Source: Candidatus Falkowbacteria bacterium
GTDB taxonomy: Bacteria; Patescibacteriota; Patescibacteriia; Patescibacteriales; UBA12465
Assembly (NCBI GenBank): GCA_016432645.1
Contig: CP066698.1
Location: forward strand, 645,062 to 709,061
Direction: 5' to 3'
DNA length: 64,000 nt
Shown in pieces: positions 36,926-46,961 of the stretch (its first letter is position 1; each line of letters opens with the position of its first letter). A model generated the notes under the pieces. That model was given only the letters and a program-made list of their open reading frames with translations, was not told where the DNA came from and did not search any database. Position numbers and translations under genes: made by a program.

Positions 36926-38923
36926 TTAGAGCAACAAACCGACAATCAACAGTGCCACGATGTTTAAAACTTTAATCATCGGGTTAATCGCCGGGCCGGC
37001 AGTGTCCTTATAAGGATCGCCAACAGTATCGCCGGTAACGGCCGCCTTATGAGCATCAGAGCCCTTGCCGCCGAAGAAACCGGATTCAATATATTTCTTG
37101 GCATTATCCCAAGCACCACCACCAGAAGTCATAGACACGGCGACAAAGATACCAGTAATAATTGAACCAACAAGTAAACCGCCTAAAGCTTCAACGCCAT
37201 GGCCAGCCCCAAATAAATTGAAACCAAAACCAACCACGATTGGGGCAAAAACCGGGATTAAAGCTGGTACAATCATTTCTTTAATCGCAGCTTTAGTAAC
37301 GATATCAACCGTACGTCCGTAATCCGGCTTTTCGGTATTAGTCATAATCCCTGGCTTTTCTTTAAACTGAGCGCGCACATCTTCAACAACGGAACCAGCA
37401 GTTTTACCAACCGCTTTCATGGCCATCGCGCCGAATAAATATGGCAACAAACCACCGATGAATAAACCAGCAAGGACAAAAGGATTATTAATTAAGAATT
37501 GAAATTGGTCGCCAATCTTGAAAGTAAAGTCGGCAAATAAAACTAAAGCAGCTAAAGCAGCGGAACCAATAGCATAACCCTTGGTTACGGCCTTAGTAGT
37601 ATTACCAACAGCGTCTAATGGATCAGTAATGTTTCTGACGTCTTCGCCTAACTCCGCCATTTCGGCAATACCGCCAGCATTGTCAGTAATCGGACCGTAG
37701 GCATCAATCGTCACAATAATTCCGGCCATAGATAACATCGCCATGGCGGCAATCGCAATCCCGTATAAACCAGCCAGCGAGAAGGCGCCTAAGATAGCGG
37801 CAACAATGACGATAATCGGCCAAGCAGTTGATTTCATAGAAACCGCCAAACCGGCAATCACGTTAGTACCGTGCCCCGTTCTGGAAGCTTCAGCAATTCC
37901 CTTAACCGGAGCGAAAGCGGTAGAAGTATAGTATTCAGTAATAACTACTAATAAACCAGTTAGAACTAAACCGATTAAACTGGCGATATAGATATTTAAG
38001 GCGTTGTCAGCAATAAAATATTTGGTCAAGAAATAAAAAGCAATTGCGGATAAAACACCAGCGGCAATTAATCCTTTATATAGAGCGCGCATAATATTTT
38101 TGCTCTTGCCTAAACGGATAAAGAAAATTCCAATAATGGAAGCGACAATGGAAACTGCTCCCAAAACTAACGGAAATAAAATTACATTTTCATTGCCCGT
38201 AAAAGTTAAGTAACCTAAAACCATAGCGGCGATAGAAGTCACCGCATAAGTTTCAAATAAATCAGCAGCCATCCCGGCGCAATCACCAACGTTATCACCG
38301 ACGTTATCGGCAATTACCGCTGGATTGCGAGGATCGTCTTCCGGAATACTGGCTTCAACCTTACCGACTAAATCTGCACCAACATCCGCAGCTTTGGTAT
38401 AAATACCGCCGCCCAGTCTGGCGAAGATAGAAATTAAAGAGCTGCCAAAAGCAAAGCCGATAATCGCGTGTAAATCATGAGTTAAAAAATAAAAACCAGC
38501 CGTACCTAAAAGCGCTAAACCAACAACCAGCATACCGGTAACGCTGCCGCCACGAACCGCAACGGTTAAAGCTTTCTGCAAACCGCCGCGAGCAGCCTCG
38601 GTAGTTCGAACATTAGCGCGCACCGAAACGAACATGCCAATATAACCGGTTAAAGCGGATAAAACCGCGCCGCTTAAAAAGGCAACCGCGGTTAGCCAGC
38701 CTAAAGCCGGAATAAAACCAATAGCGAGAAACAAGACAGCGGCCACAATCGCGACTGACTTATATTGGCGATTTAAAAACGCCTTGGCTCCCGCTTGAAT
38801 AGCAGTAGCAATCTCCTTCATTTTATCGTTACCAGCTGGTAAACGAAGAATGGAAGCAATGACTACAGCGCCGTAAATAATTGCGACGAGAGCGCCTCCA
38901 AGAATAAATAAGGTCGTCATCAT
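36926..38923 (-). CDS. hppA: membrane-bound proton/sodium-translocating pyrophosphatase
   Basis: [52 protein letters not shown] and GDTVGDP.KDT.GP. 665 aa, polytopic. Confidence 0.95.
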   Translation of the reverse strand: MMTTLFILGGALVAIIYGAVVIASILRLPAGNDKMKEIATAIQAGAKAFLNRQYKSVAIVAAVLFLAIGFIPALGWLTAVAFLSGAVLSALTGYIGMFVSVRANVRTTEAARGGLQKALTVAVRGGSVTGMLVVGLALLGTAGFYFLTHDLHAIIGFAFGSSLISIFARLGGGIYTKAADVGADLVGKVEASIPEDDPRNPAVIADNVGDNVGDCAGMAADLFETYAVTSIAAMVLGYLTFTGNENVILFPLVLGAVSIVASIIGIFFIRLGKSKNIMRALYKGLIAAGVLSAIAFYFLTKYFIADNALNIYIASLIGLVLTGLLVVITEYYTSTAFAPVKGIAEASRTGHGTNVIAGLAVSMKSTAWPIIVIVAAILGAFSLAGLYGIAIAAMAMLSMAGIIVTIDAYGPITDNAGGIAEMAELGEDVRNITDPLDAVGNTTKAVTKGYAIGSAALAALVLFADFTFKIGDQFQFLINNPFVLAGLFIGGLLPYLFGAMAMKAVGKTAGSVVEDVRAQFKEKPGIMTNTEKPDYGRTVDIVTKAAIKEMIVPALIPVFAPIVVGFGFNLFGAGHGVEALGGLLVGSIITGIFVAVSMTSGGGAWDNAKKYIESGFFGGKGSDAHKAAVTGDTVGDPYKDTAGPAINPMIKVLNIVALLIVGLLL

Positions 38924-38945
38924 AATTTTGTGTTACTAAATTATT

Positions 38946-40268
38946 TTATTTTTTAGTTTTTTTAGGTTTAGCCGGCTTTTCATCAACGACCACTTCTTCA
39001 GCAGCAGCGTCTACTACCTCTTGAGCTTCCTCTAAAGTCTTCTCTGGTTCCGAAATAACCGCTCCTTCTTCATCAGCCGCCACAATCATCTTGTCGCCTT
39101 CTTCACCTGATTCAATAATATCAATTTTCCAACCGCTTAAACGAGCGGCTAGACGAACATTTTGTCCATTTTTGCCGATAGCCAGCGATAATTTGTCAGA
39201 ACTGACTTTAACCACTGCTTTATGCTCTTCTTCGTCCAAATCAATACTAACGACTTTCGCCGGAGCGAGCGCATTAGCAATAAATTTGGCCGGGTCTTCA
39301 TTATATTCAATAATATCAATCTTCTCACCACCCAATTCGCTGATAATCGTTTGGATTCTAGAACCGCGCTGGCCGACGCAAGAACCGACTGGGTCAACAT
39401 TTTCAGAATCCGTATAAATCGCCACCTTAGAACGAGAACCAGCTTCACGGGCAACGCTCTTAATTTCCACGGTACCGTTAGCGATTTCTGGAATTTCCAA
39501 ATAAAATACTTTGCGTAAGATTTCTTCACTGCGGCGGGATAAAATTATCTCCGGGCCCTTATGCCCTTCGCGGACTTCTTTGATAAATATCTTAACGCGG
39601 TCGCCAATATTATAAGATTCGTTATAAATTTGTTCTTCAGCTGGCAACAAGCCGATGGCTTTGCCTAAATCAACGAACACAAAACGGCCTTCACGGCGCT
39701 GAACAACGCCGGAAACAACTTCACGCTCCTTATTTTTAAATTCTCCAAAAATCATATCTCTTTCCATTTCTCTTAATTTTTGGATAATAACTTGTTTAGC
39801 AGTTTGCGCAGCCATGCGGCCATAACTTTCCGGAATCGGCAAATCGGTAACGATTTCATCGCCCACTTGAGCATCATGCTTTAAAATACTAGCCTCCTTA
39901 ATTTGAATATCGGTTTTCGGATTAAACTTTTTCTTACCCTCTTCTTCCGTTTCTTCTTCAGCTGGTAAATCAGGGCGATATTCTTGGCGCAATTCTTCTT
40001 TTTTCAATTCTTTCGGATTAGGATTATAAAGATTTTTTAACATCTCGGCTTCTTCTTCGGCCGGTAAATTTTCAACCACGGTTTTCACATCAAAAATCTC
40101 CGACTTACCAGTAGCCGGGTCAAAAGTTACCCTAATATTTTGATTTCTTTCGCCGTAGTCCTTGCGATAAGCGGCAGCTAGAGCTAATTCAATGGCCGAA
40201 ATAACCGATGAATACTCTAAATTCTTCTCCTCGCAAAGCTGTTTGATAGCATTAGAGATATCAGACAT
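38946..40268 (-). CDS. nusA: transcription termination/antitermination factor NusA
   Basis: N-terminal domain, S1 domain (VSGVVQRREGRFVFVDLG), two KH domains (GSCVGQRGSRIQ, AIGKNGQNVRLA) and an acidic/basic tail. Start trimmed to the ATG at 40268. Confidence 0.92.
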   Translation of the reverse strand: MSDISNAIKQLCEEKNLEYSSVISAIELALAAAYRKDYGERNQNIRVTFDPATGKSEIFDVKTVVENLPAEEEAEMLKNLYNPNPKELKKEELRQEYRPDLPAEEETEEEGKKKFNPKTDIQIKEASILKHDAQVGDEIVTDLPIPESYGRMAAQTAKQVIIQKLREMERDMIFGEFKNKEREVVSGVVQRREGRFVFVDLGKAIGLLPAEEQIYNESYNIGDRVKIFIKEVREGHKGPEIILSRRSEEILRKVFYLEIPEIANGTVEIKSVAREAGSRSKVAIYTDSENVDPVGSCVGQRGSRIQTIISELGGEKIDIIEYNEDPAKFIANALAPAKVVSIDLDEEEHKAVVKVSSDKLSLAIGKNGQNVRLAARLSGWKIDIIESGEEGDKMIVAADEEGAVISEPEKTLEEAQEVVDAAAEEVVVDEKPAKPKKTKK

Positions 40269-40361
40269 AATTGTTTTATTTAGTATTTTAAGAGAAAAAG
40301 CTAATTGCGGTAACAACTAGCTTTCCTTAATATAATAACAGATTTTAGATTTTTGTCAAAA

Positions 40362-40805
40362 TTACATGCCGACTAAGGGGTAGGTGCTGGTATCGGCATT
40401 TTTAACCGCGCGATTCATAATCACAATCACATAACGGGTAATCATCCAGGCGGCCAAGACAATCAATAAGCCAATAACCGCATTCCGCAATAATTTTACC
40501 GCTTCGGCGGTCTTATCAGAATTGCCGCCGGCAGTCATATATTTAAAACCGGCAAAAACTGTTAACCCTAGGAAAATAACGGCTAAAAATCCTAAAATAA
40601 TGGTAATAATATTAGCAACCAGGAAACGGGGGTCGACTTGAGCGCGGCTGCCGCCAAAAACCGTGCCAATATCGCTCAATCCAATTTGGCTATTAGTTAA
40701 TGTTTCATCGGCCCGAGCAGGGCTAGCTAAGGGTGACAAAAAGACCGGCGAAAAGACGAATAACAGAAAAATAAAGGAAAAGATTTGCTTTTTAGTTATT
40801 TCCAT
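40362..40805 (-). CDS. TrbC/VirB2-like (type IV secretion pilin-like) small membrane protein
   Basis: Signal peptide ending ..ARA, then a helix-loop-helix GFKYMTAGGNSDKTAEAVKLLRNAVIGLLIVLAAWMI typical of the T4SS-pilin family common in CPR genomes. Confidence 0.6.
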   Translation of the reverse strand: MEITKKQIFSFIFLLFVFSPVFLSPLASPARADETLTNSQIGLSDIGTVFGGSRAQVDPRFLVANIITIILGFLAVIFLGLTVFAGFKYMTAGGNSDKTAEAVKLLRNAVIGLLIVLAAWMITRYVIVIMNRAVKNADTSTYPLVGM

Positions 40806-40868
40806 AATAATGTTATAATTAAATTGACTGCTTATATTATATAAAAATAACTACCAAAACACAAGAAA

Positions 40869-42344
40869 ATGAGCTTATCGCGTAAAATTGCCCACAATAC
40901 CATCATCCAAATGGTCGGTAAAATATTTTCTACCGTCTTAGGTCTTTTTTCGTTGGCACTCATTACCAGATATCTAGGGCAAAGCGGTTTCGGCGAATAC
41001 ACCACCATTATTACCTTTTTAACCATTTTTGCAGTTATGGCTGATTTTGGCTTAACGCTCGTCACTGTCCAGATGATTAGCGGCGTTGATGATAAAATAC
41101 GAGAAACCAAAATTTTAAATAATCTTTTCAGCTTCCGCCTGCTGTCCATTATTGCCTTCTTGGCACTGTCGCCCCTAGTTTTATTCTTTATGCCTTACAG
41201 CGCCGCTATCAAAACCGGCGTTTTAATTACGGCTGCTTACTTTATCTTTCCGGCCTTAAGCCAAGTAATAATCGGCTTGCTACAAAAAAGGTTAAGCATG
41301 GATCGCGCCGCCCTCGCTGAAGTTTTGAGCCGCCTAGTTTTAATAGTTGGCATTTTAATCGTCTGGTTTGGCAATTTAGGGTTAACTGGTATTTTATTGG
41401 CCACCGTTATTTCTGGGGCTTCGAGTTTTATCTTCCACTATTTATTCGCGCTTAAATTTGCTGCTATTAAATGCGGCTGGGACACCTCGCTGTTCAAAGA
41501 AATTTTTCGCCGTTCCTGGCCCTTAGCGATAACAATTATCTTAAATTTAATTTATTTAAGAACGGATATTATTTTTCTGTCTTTATTTAAGGGCACTTCC
41601 GAAGTCGGTCTTTATGGCGCCGCTTACAAAGTGGTGGATGTGCTTACTACTCTGCCGTTTATGTTTGCCGGTTTAATCTTACCAATTTTAACCGCTTCCT
41701 GGTTGGCAAAAAAGACTGATTATTTTAAAACCGTCCTCCAAAAATCTTTTGATTTTATGGCCATCTTGGCGATTCCCTTGATTGTCGGTGGGCAGCTTCT
41801 ATCCGGACCAGTAATGACGGCAGTGGCCGGCCAAGAATTTAGCCAAGCGGGCGCTATTTTAAAATTATTAATTATCGCCGTAGCGGCAATCTTCTTAGGA
41901 ACGATGTTTTCGCATGCCGTCATCGCGCTTGATAAGCAAAAAAAATTAATCGGCTTCTATGCTTTTACTAGCATTAGCTCTTTGATTGCCTACTTCATTT
42001 TAATCCCGCGCTTCTCTTACTTTGGCGCGGCGGCGGTAACTATTTATAGCGAGGTAATGATTGCGATTTTCTCTGCTTATTGCGTCTTTAAATACGGCCG
42101 TTTTATTCCCAAATTCCAGACGGTTTTTAAAGCAATCGCCGCCTCGGCCATGATGGGGCTAGCTATTGTTTTATTCCCCAAAAGCTGGCAAGCTAATGTC
42201 TGGGGTTTAATCACAATAATTATCTCGGCCTCAGCTTTTTACGGACTATCTTTATTTTTAATCGGCGGTATCAAGCTTAGCGATTTAAAGGCGATGTCTA
42301 AAAAATCAACCGGCGCCGAGCCCTTTAATCCAAGTAATTTATAA
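40869..42344 (+). CDS. MOP-superfamily flippase (Wzx/MurJ-like polysaccharide or lipid-linked oligosaccharide exporter)
   Basis: 491 aa with about 12-14 TM segments. The N-terminus NTIIQMVGKIFSTVLGLFSLALITRYLGQSGFGEY is typical of this family. Confidence 0.75.
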   Translation: MSLSRKIAHNTIIQMVGKIFSTVLGLFSLALITRYLGQSGFGEYTTIITFLTIFAVMADFGLTLVTVQMISGVDDKIRETKILNNLFSFRLLSIIAFLALSPLVLFFMPYSAAIKTGVLITAAYFIFPALSQVIIGLLQKRLSMDRAALAEVLSRLVLIVGILIVWFGNLGLTGILLATVISGASSFIFHYLFALKFAAIKCGWDTSLFKEIFRRSWPLAITIILNLIYLRTDIIFLSLFKGTSEVGLYGAAYKVVDVLTTLPFMFAGLILPILTASWLAKKTDYFKTVLQKSFDFMAILAIPLIVGGQLLSGPVMTAVAGQEFSQAGAILKLLIIAVAAIFLGTMFSHAVIALDKQKKLIGFYAFTSISSLIAYFILIPRFSYFGAAAVTIYSEVMIAIFSAYCVFKYGRFIPKFQTVFKAIAASAMMGLAIVLFPKSWQANVWGLITIIISASAFYGLSLFLIGGIKLSDLKAMSKKSTGAEPFNPSNL

Positions 42345-42346
42345 AT

Positions 42347-43111
42347 ATGAACAATAATTTTCCTGATATTATTTTTGAAGACGATGATTATTTGGTTATT
42401 AACAAACCAGCCGGTTTAGCAGTGCATGGTGGCGGCAATATTAAAGAGGAAACACTCGCTGATTTGCTAATCGCCCGCTATCCTAAAATAATTAAAGTCG
42501 GCGATGATGAAGCGCGCCCCGGAATTGTCCATCGCTTAGATAAAGAGGTCAGCGGTTTAATGGTTATTGCCAAGAATAATGATAGTTTTGCTAATTTAAA
42601 AGAACAATTCAAAAAACGCGATATCAATAAACAATATTTAGCGCTGGCCTATGGAAAAATTGCCAATGATGACGGCGAAATAAATTTCCCCATTAAAAGA
42701 TCGAGTGAAGGCTATAAAATGGCAGCCATGCCGCTCAACGCTGTTGACTTGTTAACCAGACGCAGTCCGAAATCGCGCGATACCGGAAATATCAGTGGCG
42801 TATTTAAGGCCAAGGAGGCAATTACCTTATTTAAAGTTAAAAAGCGATTTGTAAATTACACACTACTTGAAGTAAAAATAAAAACCGGACGTACTCATCA
42901 AATAAGAGTGCATTTCTTTGCGCTGGGCCATCCGTTGGTCGGCGACAATTTATATTGCACCAAAAAAACTAAACTTAAAAATGAAAAATTAAAATTAGGC
43001 CGAGTCTTTTTGATGGCCAGTCAATTATCGTTTACTGATTTACAAGGAGAAAAACGTGAATTTTCCTTAACCCTCGCTCCGGAACTACAAGCCTTCTTGC
43101 CTAAAAATTAA
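42347..43111 (+). CDS. RluA-family pseudouridine synthase
   Basis: INKPAGLAVH, the catalytic HRLDKEVSGLMVIAK, and TGRTHQIRVH. Confidence 0.9.
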   Translation: MNNNFPDIIFEDDDYLVINKPAGLAVHGGGNIKEETLADLLIARYPKIIKVGDDEARPGIVHRLDKEVSGLMVIAKNNDSFANLKEQFKKRDINKQYLALAYGKIANDDGEINFPIKRSSEGYKMAAMPLNAVDLLTRRSPKSRDTGNISGVFKAKEAITLFKVKKRFVNYTLLEVKIKTGRTHQIRVHFFALGHPLVGDNLYCTKKTKLKNEKLKLGRVFLMASQLSFTDLQGEKREFSLTLAPELQAFLPKN

Positions 43112-43136
43112 AATCCAAAGCTTCGCCAAGCGTCTT

Positions 43137-43165
43137 TTGACTATCGTGCCGGTTTTTAGTATAAT
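43137..43165 (+). promoter_or_regulatory. sigma70-type promoter for 43223..44236
   Basis: TTGACT, 17 nt, TATAAT. Confidence 0.6.
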
Positions 43166-43222
43166 AGCAAATACAATAAGTAAAAATAATTAATAAGTAA
43201 TAATAAATAATCGCATAAACTT

Positions 43223-44236
43223 ATGAAGAATCATCTCAAGCGCCTGGCGCAATCCAAAACGATGACTAAGGTGGTATTGCCAATCATCCTAGTTATAATT
43301 TTGGCAATAATTGGTTTTGCCACTTTTAAAAAACCAGGAACCAAAAACCTCAGTTCCGAAGAAGCTAAGACTACAGCCGAGACTTTCATTAATGAATTTT
43401 TAATGTCTGGCGGCAATAAGGCAACCGTCAAAGAAATAACCGAGGAATATGGCATGTACAAGTTACAAATTGATATCGTCAGCGATGTCGTCGAGTCATA
43501 TATTACTAAGGACGGTAAGCTATTCTTCCCTCAAGCTCTAAACATTGCGGAAATGAGCGGACAACAAGCTAACAGCACTCCAGCCGCTTCCACTGCTGTC
43601 GCTCCGGCCGATTTGCCAAAAACCGATAAGCCAGTCGTAGAATTATTCGTTATGAGCCACTGCCCGTATGGAACCCAAATTGAAAAAGGCATCCTGCCAG
43701 TTGTAGAATTATTGGGCAAGAAAATGGACTTCCAGTTGAAGTTCGTAGATTACGCGATGCACGGCGAGAAGGAGCTCCAAGAACAGATGAACCAATACTG
43801 CATCAACGAAACTCAATCCGATAAATTTTATCCTTACTTAAAGTGTTTCTTGACTGCCGGCGATACTGCCAGCTGTCTAAAATCTACCGGCATCAACCAA
43901 GCGAAAGTTGATAGCTGCGTTAAGAAAACCGATACTGAATACAAAATTACTGAAAACTTCAAAAACAAAGTCGGCTACCAAGGAAGCTACCCCGGATTTG
44001 ATATCTACAAAGCCGATAATACCAAATACGGTGTTGGCGGTTCTCCAACCCTAGTTATCAACGGCAAGACTGTTCAATCAGGCCGCGATCCTCAAACCTT
44101 ATTAACAACCATCTGCGCCGCCTTCAACAATCAGCCGGATGAATGTAAAAATACTTTATCCAGCGACACCCCAGCTGCCGGTTTCGGAACCGGAACAGCC
44201 GCTAGCGGCGGTTCAGCAGCAGCTGCTTGCAACTAA
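43223..44236 (+). CDS. membrane-anchored thioredoxin-fold (DsbA-like) protein
   Basis: N-terminal TM, then FVMSHCPYGTQ (CxxG/C-type active-site region), several paired Cys, and a C-terminal Ala/Gly tail. Confidence 0.55.
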   Translation: MKNHLKRLAQSKTMTKVVLPIILVIILAIIGFATFKKPGTKNLSSEEAKTTAETFINEFLMSGGNKATVKEITEEYGMYKLQIDIVSDVVESYITKDGKLFFPQALNIAEMSGQQANSTPAASTAVAPADLPKTDKPVVELFVMSHCPYGTQIEKGILPVVELLGKKMDFQLKFVDYAMHGEKELQEQMNQYCINETQSDKFYPYLKCFLTAGDTASCLKSTGINQAKVDSCVKKTDTEYKITENFKNKVGYQGSYPGFDIYKADNTKYGVGGSPTLVINGKTVQSGRDPQTLLTTICAAFNNQPDECKNTLSSDTPAAGFGTGTAASGGSAAAACN

Positions 44237-44254
44237 TATTTAATACCTTGAGAT

Positions 44255-44287
44255 AAAAACAGACCGTGAAATTACGGTCTGTTTTTT
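44255..44287. terminator. bidirectional terminator
   Basis: aaaaa-cagaccgt-gaaatt-acggtctg-tttttt. Confidence 0.8.
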
Positions 44288-44310
44288 AATAATTATTTTG
44301 TTATGCTGGC

Positions 44311-45540
44311 TTACGAAATTCGTCCGCGATATTTCTCGGCGGCCAGGATTCTAGTAATGGCTAACCAATAAGCCGCTTGGCGCAAAGTAATTTTATTTTC
44401 CGCTTCTAAATATTTGTTATAAACGGCTGTCCAATTGGTTTTCATTTTCTTATCCAAGAGCTCGCGCAAATATTCTTCATCCAAAATCTGTCCGGTCCGA
44501 TTCTGCGCCCATTCAAAATAACTGGTAATTACTCCGCCGGAATTAGCCAGAATATCCGGAACAATAAGCGTTCCTTTGCCGGCCAGGATTTTGTCAGCCG
44601 CAAAATCAACCGGTCCGTTAGCCAACTCAATAATATATCTGGCTTTAATTTTATCGGCGTTAATTTCGGTAATCTGATTTTCTAAGGCCGCTAAAATCAA
44701 AATATCAACCTCAGTTTCCAAAAGCTCGGCATTAGAAATCTGGCTTCCCTCTTCATAGCTGCTGAGCGAACCAGCGGCCTGCTTAAACTGGGATAATTTG
44801 TTAACATCCAAGCCTTCGGCCTGAAAAACACCGCCGGAACTATCAGAAGCGGCAACCATCACAAAACCATCGGCTGCTAATTTTTCCGCAATGAAAGAGC
44901 CGGCATTACCAAATCCTTGAACAGCAAAGCTTAAGTTTTCTTTACCGGCTAAAAATTTACTAACCATTTCTTTAATAACAATATAGCCGCCTTGAGCCGT
45001 GGCATCGCCGCGCATTTTAATTCCGCCTAACTCTACCGGCTTTCCGGTAATCATTCCCGGCTCATGATGGCCGACAACTTTTTCAAATTCATCCAACATC
45101 CAGGACATTATTTTCCCGTTAGTATAAACATCTGGGGCCGGAATATCTTTATCTTGTCCCAAATATGGAGCAAAAGCGCGCGCATAAGCGCGGCTGATAG
45201 CTTCCAGTTTTTGCTCGCTTAAACCCTTAGGATTAAACTTAACGCCGCCCTTGGCGCCGCCATAAGGAATGTCGGCTAAAGAATTTTTAAGGGTCATCCA
45301 AAAGGCTAAAGATTTAACTTCATCTTCACTTACCTCCGGATGAAAACGGATTCCGCCTTTTCCCGGACCGAGCGCACGATTATATAGTATCCGCCAAGCG
45401 GGATATTTTCCGCCCTCAACTTCTAATTCAACGTATTGGTTTTGAACTGGCTCTAAAAGAACCTTCATTTCTTCGTCTTTAATTCCGGAAATTAATTGAA
45501 CTTCTTGTAAGCGTTTCAGATTATCAGCAAAAATACTCAT
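44311..45540 (-). CDS. Glu/Leu/Phe/Val-family (glutamate) dehydrogenase
   Basis: GPGKGGIRFHP, the PYGGAKGG catalytic Lys motif, and the GFGNAGS Rossmann motif. 409 aa. Confidence 0.9.
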   Translation of the reverse strand: MSIFADNLKRLQEVQLISGIKDEEMKVLLEPVQNQYVELEVEGGKYPAWRILYNRALGPGKGGIRFHPEVSEDEVKSLAFWMTLKNSLADIPYGGAKGGVKFNPKGLSEQKLEAISRAYARAFAPYLGQDKDIPAPDVYTNGKIMSWMLDEFEKVVGHHEPGMITGKPVELGGIKMRGDATAQGGYIVIKEMVSKFLAGKENLSFAVQGFGNAGSFIAEKLAADGFVMVAASDSSGGVFQAEGLDVNKLSQFKQAAGSLSSYEEGSQISNAELLETEVDILILAALENQITEINADKIKARYIIELANGPVDFAADKILAGKGTLIVPDILANSGGVITSYFEWAQNRTGQILDEEYLRELLDKKMKTNWTAVYNKYLEAENKITLRQAAYWLAITRILAAEKYRGRIS

Positions 45541-45559
45541 ATATTTTGGGTTTAATAAA

Positions 45560-45889
45560 TTAAATTAAACCCTCAATTTCGCTTTTTAAAGTATCCTTAT
45601 TGCGCATCCCGATAAACTCACCGATAATTTTCCCACCCTTGAAAAGTTTCATATTAGGAATGCTTTGGATGCGATATTCCATTGCTAAGTCTTGATTATC
45701 GCCGTCTTCGGTATCAACTTTAGCGACTTTAATTTTACCAGCCATCTCAGCCGCTAGTTCATCTAAAATCGGCGCCATCATCTGACAAGGCACGCACCAT
45801 GGTGCCCAAAAATCTACTAAAACCGGCAAGTCGCTTTTTAGGACTTCCGCCTCAAAGTTACTCTTACTGAGTTCCATTGCTTTTGACAT
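45560..45889 (-). CDS. trxA: thioredoxin (active site WCVPC)
   Basis: VLVDFWAPWCVPCQMMAPIL and IQSIPNMKLFKGG. 109 aa. Confidence 0.9.
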   Translation of the reverse strand: MSKAMELSKSNFEAEVLKSDLPVLVDFWAPWCVPCQMMAPILDELAAEMAGKIKVAKVDTEDGDNQDLAMEYRIQSIPNMKLFKGGKIIGEFIGMRNKDTLKSEIEGLI

Positions 45890-45904
45890 AAATGTATTTG
45901 TTAA

Positions 45905-46147
45905 TTATTTATTAATTAATTCTTTAAATATTTTTTCCATTTTTTGTTGCGAAGAAAGTTTTTCATCCAAAAGACAATAACTGAATTCATCGGCAATAAT
46001 CTTTTCCATAAGCGAAGCCATCGCCGACTTAACCGCTTTCAATTGCACGATTAAAGAGACGCAATCTTGCGGACCGTCGGCCAGCATTTTTTTAACGCCC
46101 TCTAGCTGGCCAATAATATTATTGATTCTTTGTTCGCTGGTTTTCAT
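45905..46147 (-). CDS. CsoR/RcnR/FrmR-family metal-sensing repressor
   Basis: RINNIIGQLEGVKKML....C..LIVQLKAVKSA. 80 aa, the DUF156 pattern. Confidence 0.8.
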   Translation of the reverse strand: MKTSEQRINNIIGQLEGVKKMLADGPQDCVSLIVQLKAVKSAMASLMEKIIADEFSYCLLDEKLSSQQKMEKIFKELINK

Positions 46148-46163
46148 ATTACTATAATATCAT

Positions 46164-46180
46164 ACACCCCCAGGGGGTGT
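46164..46180. promoter_or_regulatory. GC-core palindromic operator acaccccc-a-gggggtgt inside the promoter of the repressor-trxA unit
   Basis: Perfect 8-bp arms. On the minus strand, TTGACA (46183-46178) overlaps the palindrome, and TATTAT/ATATTA lies about 17-18 nt downstream, roughly 10 nt before the ATG. Confidence 0.6.
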
Positions 46181-46249
46181 CAAGAAAATAAAAAAATTGC
46201 TAACAATAGCAAAATTTAATAAAAAACCGAAATTTGTTGTTTAAATCGT

Positions 46250-46960
46250 CTATTCCAAAATTAGCCAGTAATTACGCGAATCTTTTTTGATAACAATTTT
46301 CTTAAAACCAGCCTTATGAGCTAAGTGTTTTAACTCGCGCTTATAAAAAGCGTGGTAATAGCGCTCACTTACTTCTTCTCCGGCACTGTTCTTCCAAGGA
46401 AAAATTATGTCGCCAAAATCTAATTTATTTAAACCAATAATTTTCTTCAGAGCCTGTTTAAAAAGTAGCGATCGCTTCGGGCTGGCCCATAAATTCCAAT
46501 TGCTAATAATTAACTGTCCGCCGGGGACCAATAAAGTCTTAAAATTCTTAAGTAGTTGGACTCTAAGGTCTCGACTGGGAATATGCTGCAAAACAGCAAT
46601 ACAAAAAATAAAATCAAATTTCTGGCCAGCTAAAAAATTAACATCCGAAAAATTAGCAGCACTTAAATCTAACTCTTGAAAATTATAATTAGGATAATTA
46701 GCCTTGGCCAAATTTAATAAAGCCGCGCTATTATCAATCCCTAAATAATCAATGGTTTTGTCTCGAAAAGCTTCAAGCAACCTACCATTCCCACACCCGG
46801 CATCTAAAACTTTAGCGCCATTTTTAATATTTGACGCGAATTCAAGCATTTCCGGCCATAAATATTTTTTTCTGCTTGCATCAAAATCGGCAGCTATTTG
46901 ATTATAGCTTTGTTTGGAGAGCGCACTGAGTTTTTGGATGAGTTCCAGTTTCATAAACAA
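46250..46960 (-). CDS. class I SAM-dependent methyltransferase
   Basis: VLDAGCGNGRL motif I, and FIFCIAVLQHIP. Confidence 0.8.
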   Translation of the reverse strand: MFMKLELIQKLSALSKQSYNQIAADFDASRKKYLWPEMLEFASNIKNGAKVLDAGCGNGRLLEAFRDKTIDYLGIDNSAALLNLAKANYPNYNFQELDLSAANFSDVNFLAGQKFDFIFCIAVLQHIPSRDLRVQLLKNFKTLLVPGGQLIISNWNLWASPKRSLLFKQALKKIIGLNKLDFGDIIFPWKNSAGEEVSERYYHAFYKRELKHLAHKAGFKKIVIKKDSRNYWLILE

Positions 46961-46961
46961 G

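Noticed and set aside
40832-41149. A 105-aa minus-strand ORF antisense to the 5' end of the flippase gene. Many other antisense ORFs sit inside long genes, for example 39091..39529 in nusA, 37065..37322 in hppA and 17089..17571 in rpsA.
   Set aside because: Each lies fully within a confidently identified gene on the other strand and has no motif of its own. These are shadow ORFs.
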